Shown piece by piece: positions 53,601 to 64,000 of a stretch of DNA of 64,000 nt. Positions within the stretch are counted from its first letter, which is position 1, and each line of letters begins with the position of its first letter. The position numbers were made by a program, and so were the translations under genes. The DNA is taken from contig NC_069006.1 of the NCBI RefSeq assembly GCF_001194135.2, positions 6,666,256 to 6,730,255 on the forward strand, written 5' to 3'. The notes under the pieces were generated by a model. The model had not been told where the DNA came from, ran no database searches, and saw only the letters and a list, made by a program, of their open reading frames with translations. Origin of the DNA: Octopus bimaculoides. Taxonomy: Eukaryota.

Positions 53601-54719
53601 ATTGTGATGCATACTGAGATGGCTGTTTATTGTTGTTTTTTTAATTTTTTCAAAGACTCTAATTAAGGGAACCAAAGGCAATTAATAGAAAGCCAATTGT
53701 ATGTTTTTTTATATTTAATGATGCTGCAATTCTTTTCCCTTCTACATATGATCCACAGTATTTAAATGCAATAGACAAATGTGTGGTAGAAATATGTAAT
53801 ACAAGGGACAAGAGATAAAGGACCAAGTGATATGGTCAATGATGTAGACTAAACAACAGTCGTACACATATACAGACAAACACATACACATACATATATG
53901 CATGCAAACACACATATACACCCACATACATACTATTAGCTTAATCTCAGAACCAAAACAACAATTCTATCACTTTAGTATATATAGAGAATGCAGGTGA
54001 TGGAGAAAATAGTTTTCACACAGTTCTGTCATCATTAATAATCTCTTTTTCTGCCTATTGATAATTCAATATTAAATCATTTCTTTGGGTGGAATAAAGT
54101 TAAATATTCTGACTGCGAGTCAAACTCCAATTTGAACTTTTCTATTTCAATTTTTCATGGAATGATCTTTGGTCTGGTTATTATCAACCACACTCCTCCA
54201 TTTATGATCTACCTATTATAGTAAATTTATGCAAACAGCATCTGAAGTCAACACTTCCCATCAGCCTCATTACAAAATCCAAACGATTTAGTCTCAGTTG
54301 CCTCCTTAAGATATTCAAACTACGGATACTGAGAAAAGTTAAGAAAAACAACTTCTATACTGTAAAATGTATATACATTTCTCTTTAGATTGTTTAGTCT
54401 TTAATCTATAAAATGTCTTTAATCATTACACTTTAATCTATATAATGTAGGCTATTAATGATTGACATAAAAACTTCTTTTGAAACATTCCGTCATGTGT
54501 TAATATTTGTTTTCCATCATCATGCAAATAAGTTGTATGATTTCTATCAAAAGGGGCTACAAAATTATAGATTATTATTTCATAATTACAATTCTGTTTC
54601 AATATTGGAACAATATTTATTCTTGGTAAGCCATTACTTGTATATAACTAACTTTAATATATAACTAACATTATCAAGCAGTATGATTTTGAATGTGTTC
54701 TAGTCCTTTTGGTTAAGTA

Positions 54720-54935
54720 ATTCACTTTGTAAATACGTGGTTCTAAGTTCAATCTTATTACACAGATTAACTAAGGCTTTGTGAGTATAGTTGTGGGCAT
54801 TATGGAGGGCATCAAGTTGTAGAAACCATACCAAAGCAGACAGTAGAGCTTGGCTCAGTCTTCTGACTTGTCAACTTCTCTTAAACTGTCCAACCCATGC
54901 CATCATGAAAAGTGGATGCTAAATGAAAAATGAAA
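54720..54935 (+). mobile_element. Deleted family C head plus RTE tail
   Basis: ggttctaagttcaatc head remnant; ggagggcatc...gtccaacccatgccatcatgaaaagtggatgctaaatga tail. Confidence 0.65.
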
Positions 54936-54948
54936 TGAATGATATATC

Positions 54949-55000
<52 letters not shown>

Positions 55001-55004
55001 ATAC

Positions 55005-55178
55005 TCATTTTAGTGTCTACTTTTCCAGGTTACCATGGGTCAGCTGGAATTTGTTGAGGTAGATTTTATATGGCTGGAAGATGCCATTCCTAGAAACAAA
55101 GAACGTCACTTCTATGATAGTGATGCTCATTTACAAGCATCATATGAAGTCAAGACAAGGGTACATACAAACACACAC

Positions 55179-55216
<38 letters not shown>

Positions 55217-55355
55217 CTAAGACTGGCTTCTTTTAATTTCCGTCTATCGGATTCACTCACAAAGCTTTCATTGAACAATAGCAGAAGGCACTTGCCCAAG
55301 ATAAACCTGAGACCACTTGGTTGGTAAGCAAGCTTCTTAACCACACAACCACACC
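55005..55355 (-). mobile_element. Composite SINE: family C head, (TA)n, RTE-type tail
   Basis: Same architecture as 14065-14600 on the opposite strand. Confidence 0.78.
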
Positions 55356-55359
55356 TGAA

Positions 55360-55620
55360 ATTTTCATCATCATCATCATCATCATCCTTTAATGTCCATT
55401 TTCCATACTCACATGGGTTGGATGGTTTGACTGGAACTGGCAAGCCGGAGAGCTGCACCAGGTTTCAGTCTGATTTGGCTTGGTTTCTACGACTGAATGC
55501 CCTTCCTAACACCAACCACTTTACAGTGTGCACTGGGTGCTTTTAATGTGGCACCACTCAAGCACTTTTACATGACACCGGCATGAGTACTATTTACATG
55601 GTACTGGCACAACACAACTC
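55360..55620 (-). mobile_element. RTE 3' tail (family A)
   Basis: (cat)n-cctttaatgtccattttccatac...gcccttcctaacaccaaccactttacag. Confidence 0.85.
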
Positions 55621-57544
55621 TTGCAGGCCAATCCTCTTTACCAGGGAGAGTGGCCTTAACATTTCTGCTGTGAAGGATAGATCTTCTTGAATAAAGCAAA
55701 GTGCCAATTCTTCATTGCTGCGTTCTTCAGTTCCTTTAATTTTTTTCTGATATCATTAAGAAATTAACATAACAATTTAACCAAAGATGTAAAGTGCTAG
55801 ATTAAATCTATTTCATTACATCATTTATTCAGTCTAGCTGTACATCTGAGTTAAAATGGAGAGATTTCATTTGATTTCGTTAAAAAAGCTTACAGTAAAA
55901 CTCTATATTTACTAGATAAATGGTGATAGATTTTGAAATAGAATTTTAAGTAAAGGAAGTTACTAAGATGGTTTACTGGATTGGAAAAATTGGTAGAGCA
56001 ACAGACAAAATGTATTACAGTATTTAGTTTTGGCCCTTTATACTCTGAGATTAAATTATGCTGGACTCAAATTCTCCTTTCATCCTGAGGACTTACAAAA
56101 TAAGCACCAATCAAGCATTGATGTTTCTCTTAACTTCGTCCCACACCTATGTTTTGTGTGTTTGGGGCAGAAGAAATGTATTAGACCGATACCACAAGAT
56201 TCTCCAACTTTGACTCTGCAGCCCATATCACCCGAGAATTTTATAAGAGAAATGAAGACACAAAATATAAGGTTCTAGCCAAAGAAAAGCATTCTAAAAT
56301 CAACTGAAAATTAATATAATTTTACACAATGATAGCAGGTTACTTAACAAAAAATAATAATAAGGTAAAGGTATGGCTGTGTAGTAAGAAGTTTGCTTCC
56401 CAACCATGTGGTTCAATGTTCAATCTCACTGCATAGCACCTTGGGCAAGATAAAAGATGATAATTTTCTTATTATAATCCACAGTTCCTGATATGGATAC
56501 AAGGAAGCAAATCTGTAGGAAAGTGATATTCTTGATTGATAAAATCCCAGTACATTACTGATTTGGAATAATAAAGTACAAACTCAACCACAGTGAGGCT
56601 TGAACTCAAGAATGTACATGAGTATAACTAAAAACCACTCTACTATCTCTGCTATTCCACTAACCTAATTATAATCAATAATTAGATAGTGCAGTGGTAC
56701 TAAAATAATTTTGTTTTGGTTGATGTGTGAGAAATGATATTTATAGAAGGATACAGATGTTTGGGAAAGCCTTGTTACAACATCATCACTGAAGTTGCTA
56801 ATCAGAAGCTCTTTCAGTTTGCACAAAGCCTCGCATGAAAATAGATATTATTAATACTATTAGTGAGAGTCCTGTTTTTATCTTATAGTCTCCATAACAA
56901 ATGTTTCTAAACTAATATTTCATAACGGACATAATTTTTAATGTCAAGCATTAACTCAGATGTACAAGTAATACATTTTTAATTCAATGGCATATATATA
57001 TATATANNNNNNNNNNNNNNNNNNNNNNNNNNNNNNNNNNNNNNNNNNNNNNNNNNNNNNNNNNNNNNNNNNNNNNNNNNNNNNNNNNNNNNNNNNNNNN
57101 NNNNNNNNNNNNNNNNNNNNNNNNNNNNNNNNNNNNNNNNNNNNNNNNNNNNNNNNNNNNNNNNNNNNNNNNNNNNNNNNNNNNNNNNNNNNNNNNNNNN
57201 NNNNNNNNNNNNNNNNNNNNNNNNNNNNNNNNNNNNNNNNNNNNNNNNNNNNNNNNNNNNNNNNNNNNNNNNNNNNNNNNNNNNNNNNNNNNNNNNNNTA
57301 TATATAACAGAGCATGCGTGTGTGTGTTTCTTTTCAAGATTTTTTTCATTCAACATCATTTTATTATTTCTTCTATTCTATGCATTCAGACATCTAAGTA
57401 AACTGTTGAAGCATTTTGTTTTACAGATGGTTGCCCTCTTTTCACTATTTATAAATGAAATATGTGTGATATTAGTTTTCAAATTTAGTTGATTAAGACT
57501 GAAAGAGGCACTTGAGTATGAAATAATTGTGGAAGATATATGGA

Positions 57545-57772
57545 TTAACTCGTTAGCATTCAGATTATTCTGTCAAATTTAATGCTTATTTATACTAATT
57601 TGTTTGAATTAATTACGCATTATCTTGTAGTTTTGAGATTTCAATGAGGTGATTGTATATTTTTAGAATGACACTGTAATGTAGGCATTAGAAGATAAAT
57701 TTTGACAGTTTGAACATAAAACAGGTAGAATATTTGTGCCAGATATGGCTGGTTTAAATGCTGAAGGGTTAA
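57545..57772 (+). mobile_element. piggyBac-type MITE family 1, third copy
   Basis: TTAA-ctcgttagcattca...aaatgctgaaggg-TTAA; internal homology to 15051-15264. Confidence 0.82.
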
Positions 57773-58919
57773 CCTGACTGACTGAGACATAAGAGCAACT
57801 TTGCCTTGGCTAAAAGTAAAATATAATGAACATGGTATCAGAGGTTCCATATCTTAAGCACTCAGCTTTCATGGCTACACATAACAAGCTTCAGTGGGTT
57901 TAGAAATAAAATAAAATGGAAACAGAAGCTTAGTCTAGCTAATTTTGCTGCTTCTGTTGCTGCCATGAGTTTGTACTAAAATAGCAGTTGTGAATTCAAT
58001 GTTTGTTTTTCAGCAGTAATGCTTTGGTAAAATATTGACATAGATCATTGCATTAAACAAACAAACAAAACAATTTCAGTCTTTTTGATGTCACAGTTAT
58101 TTTAACAGCAATTAAATAAAGCATTTGAATAGAATCAATATGATAAAAGTTTCCAAGGAAATCACAGAAAGCAACAAAAGTTTTGAAGTATTCAAAGAAC
58201 AAATAAAGGTAATCCATAAAAACAAGTTTTTGCTGTGGTACTTCACTGGATGGATGACTTCATAAATCTGGACACTCACAGGATTATGTCTAAAACAAAT
58301 GTTTTGTAGCTCCAAAGCCAATTTTAGTGCCGACCATCCAACCATAAAAGAGGGAACACTGATGTTTAGTTCAGCTGAAATTTACTGAGCAAAACAATCT
58401 GCCATACCACTAAGAATACAGCGTAATTGTAAAGATACTTTAAACTTGTAATCTTAGGGTCAGTCATTTCAAATATTAACGGAGTGAGCTGACTAAAACT
58501 TTGAGGTGAATTCAGTAGATGGAAACTGTGTGGAAACCTGTCATGTGTACAAATAAATAAATAAAGAGCTACTAATAGTTTCATGCTTAGAGATACATCA
58601 AATTGGCAGATTTATATAACATGCCATGTATCTGCAAACAATCTTTCAGGTTCAGTGCATATCGTTAGATGTATTTAAAGACCAAGATGCTGGTCTATGA
58701 GAAAACAAGAGAAAAAGAAGAAAATACCGAGGAAAATGTTGAAGCGAAAAGTGGAATGAGAAGAAAGAAAAGAAAAGTATGAAAAACAAGATCATTGTTC
58801 GTCCTTTTTGCCTGTAGAAATCATAACTGATCTAAGTGGTGCAGAATAACATATAATATATGTATATATGTTTGTAAGTATGTATGTATATATGTATATA
58901 TGTTTGTAAGTATGTATGT

Positions 58920-58924
58920 ATATA

Positions 58925-58970
<46 letters not shown>

Positions 58971-59175
58971 TGACCTTTACAACACTGCTTGATAATTGGT
59001 GCTGGTTTGTTTATGTCCTTGTAACTTGGTGGTTCAGCAAAAGAGACTGATAGAATAGATATTCAACTTAAAAAAAAAAAAACAATAGATACTGGCGCTG
59101 ATTTGTTCAACTAAGCCTTTCAAGGTGGTGCTCCAGCATGGCAGCAGTCCATTGACTGAAACAAGTGAAAGGTAA
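58920..59175 (+). mobile_element. 3' half of SINE family C after (GT)n
   Basis: ctgcttgataattggtgctgg...ggtggtgctccagcatggcagcagtccattgactgaaacaag. Confidence 0.8.
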
Positions 59176-59923
59176 TCCAAAGAAATGATTCCTTCTCAAA
59201 CAGCAGCATCCGTTCCTCTCTCAGACAAAGGACAGTCTTGAAATGTTATATTCTACCCTCCTGGTAGCAACTGAACTTATGATACTCTTCTGTGAACTGT
59301 AACATCTTGATAACAAGGCTACCAATTACTGAATCAATAATGGTGTATCATGCAACCAGCAGCCTGTAGCCTGTCACTGGCAGCAGAATACCTCAAAGTG
59401 GTATAATTCAGTATTGTAAACAGCAGTCATGTGGAATTGAGGAGTATTCCATTGGTTTGAAGTGTTATATTCAGTTACTTCTTTGGGAGAAAAGCTAACA
59501 GTATAATGTCCTATTCAAAGAGATATTTGTCCAGACTGCTTAATATAACAAAGATGGAGCTAAACACTGACTATAAGTATTTGACTTCAGAGGGGAAACA
59601 AAAAAATGCAAACAAACTATCTGTGATAAGACAGCCAACAAGACCACACAAAGTACTTGACTTTTCTTTTGTTGTTGTCTTCTTTTTTAAGATGCTCAAT
59701 TAAACTTTACATTCAGTCTACAATTTAACAAAACCATTTTCTAAGTAAAGATTTAAATTGAATGTTATATATATATATATATATATTCCTATATGAACAA
59801 AATATACATGAAGCTAGTCTCTGTTCATAATCATTATCTCTTTAAATTTTGATCAGTTCTTTATTACTTCTTTAATGCAGTTACGTGTGTGTGCACACAT
59901 ATATAACTATGTATATGTGTCTG

Positions 59924-59963
<40 letters not shown>

Positions 59964-59966
<3 letters not shown>

Positions 59967-60593
59967 GGGTTGGAAAAAATAATGGAAACACCAAGCATCA
60001 TAGCATCATAATTTTGAAATATCTATAAAACCGTCAAAAGCTTGTTCATTTTTATGTTTTTTGATTTATTATTAGTGTTGCTTAATAGGTTTTGCTAAAA
60101 TTACTGTTTCTTTTCAGATATCATCAGAAAATGGTAATTAAAATTTATTAAAATGACAGATCTATCGGACTTTCAAGGTCAAATTGTTTGTGTTCGTATG
60201 GCAGGTGCTAGCATAATGAAAACAGCCGAAATGTTTGGTGTATCAAGAAGTACTGCCTTGAAAGTAGTGACAGCCTTTGAAAAAGAGGGAAAAATCTCCT
60301 CGTCAAAACAAAACTCCAGAAGAAAACCAAAACTTTCAGATAGGAACTATTGGACTCTTATGCAAATTGTTAGAAAGGAACACAAAAGTACAGCTCCCAA
60401 AATTACTGCAGAGCTTAATAACCACCTCGAGAACCCAGTTTCCACAAAAACTGTTCGCCGGGAGCTGCACAAAGCTGGATTTCATGGGAGGGCTGCAATC
60501 AGAAAACCACTCCTTTCAAAAACAAATGTTGCAGAGCATTTAGAATGGAGTAAAAATCTACAGAATTGGTCCCAAGAGCAGTGGAAGAATGTT
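59964..60593 (+). mobile_element. Tc1-family DNA transposon, 3'-truncated, inserted in (TA)n
   Basis: TA|CAGGGGTTGGAAAAAATAATGGAAACACC left TIR; transposase homology stops at WKNV; no right TIR seen downstream. Confidence 0.9.
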
Positions 60594-60656
60594 AAAAGAG
60601 ATCTCAAAACCCTATACTTTCTCCACTCACAGACCATCCACATTACATTTTCATAG
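60153..60656 (+). pseudogene. Tc1 transposase N-terminal DNA-binding region (167-aa ORF), lacks DDE domain
   Basis: GQIV..RMAGAS...AEMFGVSRST HTH, RKPKLS linker, VSTKTVRRELHKAGFHGRAAIRKPLLSK second HTH, WSQEQWKNV; the last ~20 aa are non-transposase read-through. Confidence 0.85.
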
Positions 60657-62149
60657 TACCAACTGTAGCGAGATCTTCAGTAAGACAGGACTAAAGTACT
60701 GCTCAACCCTCATCGGTTCTCACCAAACACTTTAGAAGGTGCATGACAGCAGGGATTTCAAGGGGGTACATGCTTTGTTTAGAAGTAAAACTAGTCAAAT
60801 GATAGCGTTTCAATGAATTCCTAACTAAATTTTTTAATTAAGCACTTAATCAATTAATTATTATCACTGATTTTAGTTTATTTATTGATGGTTAACTCTG
60901 AATATTATTGTTTTTCAGACAAGTCTGTCGAAATCTTTTACTTAGTAAACAAATGTAAGATTTTAGGCAACAATTTCTTTCACAACTGTTACATTACCAA
61001 CACTAAATACTTTACAAATGTATTTTGTTTTACAAATGTTTTTAGTCATTATCTGCTTTTAGTGAATCTCTTTTAGCAGCAAATGTTTAACAACTGTGCT
61101 AGCTAAATAATGCAAATGAGTTTATTTCAATTCAGAAATATTACTTTTCCTGTTTGTTGTCCTATTTCAACCGATCACCTGACCACAATTTAAAAAAACA
61201 TTTTTTTACACAAAAAGAAGAAAATATTTTCATTAAATTATACAAAAAAATGGCACCTTATTTCATGCGTGTTTATACATGTGTGTGAGTATATATATGT
61301 GTGTCTGTGTTATATATATATATATATATATATACACATGTATGCCAATACATAAGTGTGTGTGTGTGTATAGGTGTATGTATTGTATATATATATATAT
61401 ATGTAAAGTGGAGACTTGAAAAAGTTTTCCAATAAACATGGCAGATACAATACATTCAATTTTTCCTTCATTAAATGCCATTCCATATTGATTTTCTTGA
61501 TTCAGGCTGCTTTATAAATCAATAGTGAAGTTTAAACTATGACTACAATATTATAATCTTTGTACATTATATAAAAAAAAGACAACAAAACTACTGAACA
61601 ATTTTCAAATATCTTAGCTGGTTAAGATCTAAGCGATTGATAGCAGTCTCTGCGTCTTGTTTAACAACAAATGTATTCAAGAGATATGTTTGATATATGG
61701 GAAACATGAACAATTTTTGTTTCAGAACTACTGCAAGTTTTATCATTTTAACAAATGCTGTTATAGAAACAGTTACAGACTTGGAATAATTTATTAAATA
61801 TTCAGAATATTATTACATCGTCTATGAAGAGACTATGAAAATGTAATAAGTCGAGATATCAGCAATTGTCTTCAAGAAATGAGTTGAAGACAAAATGCAA
61901 TAAGGTATGATCTAATATCTTTGGAGTCACCAGTCAACCTTATCCATTCAGTCACTGTTTCCAAGAAAGAAAATAATATAATGTCCTGCAATTTTAAATG
62001 ATAATTAGAGTTCTACAATCTTCACAATATTTATAGATGGAGAGATATGACAGTGTGGTTAAGTAGTTAGCTTTGCAACAGTTTGCTTGCAGGTCTGATC
62101 CCTCTTTGCTGCCCCCCTCCTCCTCCTCCTCCTTCTCCTCCTCCTCATC

Positions 62150-62400
62150 CTCATCATCACCATCACCATCGTCATCATCATCATTTAACATCCATTTTCC
62201 ATACTGGTATGAGTTGAATGGCTTAACAGGAGTCTAGAAGCCCGAGGTTTGTGTCAAGCTCCAATGTCTGCTTTGGTATGGTTTCTACAGCTAGATGCAT
62301 TTCCTGATGCTGACCAATTCCCAGAATGTACACGGATGCTTTCTACATGACACCAACACTAGTGATGTCCCTTATTAAGTCCCAAGACAAGATCCTTCAT
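62150..62400 (-). mobile_element. RTE 3' tail (family A) next to (CCT)n(CAT)n
   Basis: catcatttaacatccattttccatactgg...ctttggtatggtttctacagctagatgc. Confidence 0.75.
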
Positions 62401-62569
62401 CAGAGGTGGATGTAGTTTTCATGAGGGTGGCTAAATGAGGGGGTTAAACTATGACAGGGGGACAGAAACAGGTGTCTTGCAGTAGAGAAACAGCAACCAC
62501 AATTGTAGAAAAGAGAGATGGCGGCAAAGAAGTAACTGAAATTTGATAGAGAGAAGTTCTGCAGAAATT

Positions 62570-62635
<66 letters not shown>

Positions 62636-63005
62636 GTATCATCATTTAACGTCCGTTGTTCATGCTGGCATGGGTTGGATGGTTTGACTGGGCTGGCAAA
62701 CTGGAAGGCTGCACCTGACTCCAGTCTGATTTGGCATGGTTTCCTATGGCTGGATGCCCTTCCTAACACCAATCACTCTGAGAGTGTAATGGGGTGCTTT
62801 TACATGCCACCGGCATGAGTGCCATTTGCATGGCACCAAGTGTGTGGTTACATGCCACCAGCATGGCTGCCAATTTGTGTGACAGCAGAATCTGCCACAA
62901 CTGTGATTTTGCTGTTTGACGGGTCTTCTCAAGCACAACATAATGCCAAGGGTCTTGATCATTGCCACCATGAGGCCCAACACTCAAAAGGAACTCAGCC
63001 ACTTT
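62636..63005 (-). mobile_element. 5'-truncated RTE LINE: ORF2 end, 3' UTR and (GAT)n tail
   Basis: Translation LLSVGPHGGNDQDPWHYVVLEKTR resembles an RTE ORF2 end and is contiguous with the family A tail, supporting family A as a LINE 3' UTR. Confidence 0.82.
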
Positions 63006-63035
63006 GCCTCTCTCTATATATATATATATAATATG

Positions 63036-63067
<32 letters not shown>

Positions 63068-63429
63068 TGTGTGTGTGTAATACATTTACATGGTTTACCT
63101 CTCCTCCACACTTTCACACTTTCTAATATATTTTTTCTCAGTCATAGCAAGAGAAATGACTCTGGAAGTCTTCACCTAAAGGGATTTTGATAAATTCATC
63201 TTTTCCACAGCTTCATAGTCTGGGTTTCCTAAAGCTAACCAGTTTGTTTTACATTTTGCCTTCCTGCCTAACTGAATAGGAAATGTTGTGCCTCTTGTGC
63301 AAAGGAGTTTCAGCTGTATATCACTGGTCAAACAGGTCTGATGATTGTAGTACTGGGAAAAAGAACTTGCATGAAACTGCCTGGTAACTTTACATGTCCA
63401 CAAGTGAGATTCATTATTTATAATTTTGT

Positions 63430-63645
63430 AAGGTGGTGAGCTGGCAGAATCGTTAGCACCCTGGACAAATGCTTTGTGGCATTTATTCCAGTTTTATGTT
63501 CTGAGTTCAACTTTCCCTTTCGTCCTTTCAGGATCAATAAAATAAGTGCTAAGTGAACACTGGGGTCAATGTAACTGACTAGACCTACCACCAAAAAATT
63601 TCAGACCTTGTATCTATAGTAGAAAAGGTTATTTATTATTTTGTA
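63430..63645 (+). mobile_element. SINE family B
   Basis: aaggtggtgagctggcagaatcgttagcac...ctggggtcaatgtaactgact...aaaaatttcagaccttg. Confidence 0.85.
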
Positions 63646-64000
63646 AGGTATGTATATGTGTGTGTGTGAGCACAAAAATAAACCAGTAAGAGAAGACTGA
63701 ACAAAAATCAGTGCATTGGATTAAGACTACCTTGTGGTATTTGGTTCTACCCCAGTTACATCCTTTTATGCATAGGCTAACTCTGCCATGTTTGATGAAG
63801 TAATTATCTAAGAAAATATAATCGTGTTAAACCTTTGAATGCAATGCTCCAGCATGGCAGCAACCCAGTGACTGAAACCAAAAGTAAAAAGGACAAAATA
63901 ATTTATTTTTATTACTAAGGGAATACTTCTTATATTCATATTAATATAAAGTCATGAAACATTTGTGTGGAATATGATTGCATGAATGAAAACTCACTAA

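Noticed and set aside
58600-58800. Long minus-strand polypyrimidine tract ending ctcatag| and a plus-strand K/E-rich 38-aa frame
   Set aside because: All frames stop soon after the acceptor and there is no good donor; likely purine-rich low complexity.
60100-60155. Splice acceptor gtttcttttcag| upstream of the Tc1 ATG, suggesting a host-transposase fusion
   Set aside because: All three frames hit a stop in the 34 nt between the acceptor and the ATG.

Overview
AT-rich, microsatellite-saturated metazoan DNA with 11 N-gaps, mostly abutting simple repeats. The repeat content (tRNA-headed SINEs, an RTE 3' end ending in TTAAACGATGATGAT, TTAA-flanked MITEs) points to an octopus-like cephalopod genome; this is inferred from pattern, not from a search. 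I find no recognisable host protein-coding gene, RNA gene or CRISPR array, so the window looks intronic or intergenic. It holds three tRNA-derived SINE families (my labels B, C, D), many RTE 3' tails (label A), several decayed LINE ORF2 fragments, a truncated Tc1 element with an open DNA-binding-domain ORF, a decayed mariner, piggyBac-type and hAT-type MITEs and a foldback element. Most ORF-track entries are microsatellite or N-gap artefacts. Best leads: a 230-bp local inverted duplication and other fold-back pairs (possible dsRNA/ADAR substrates), modular head/tail swapping among the SINEs, and a speculative spliced minus-strand transcript at about 22-32 kb. I cannot confirm a new biological system from sequence alone. 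SINE and LINE boundaries were placed by eye (about +/-20 nt).
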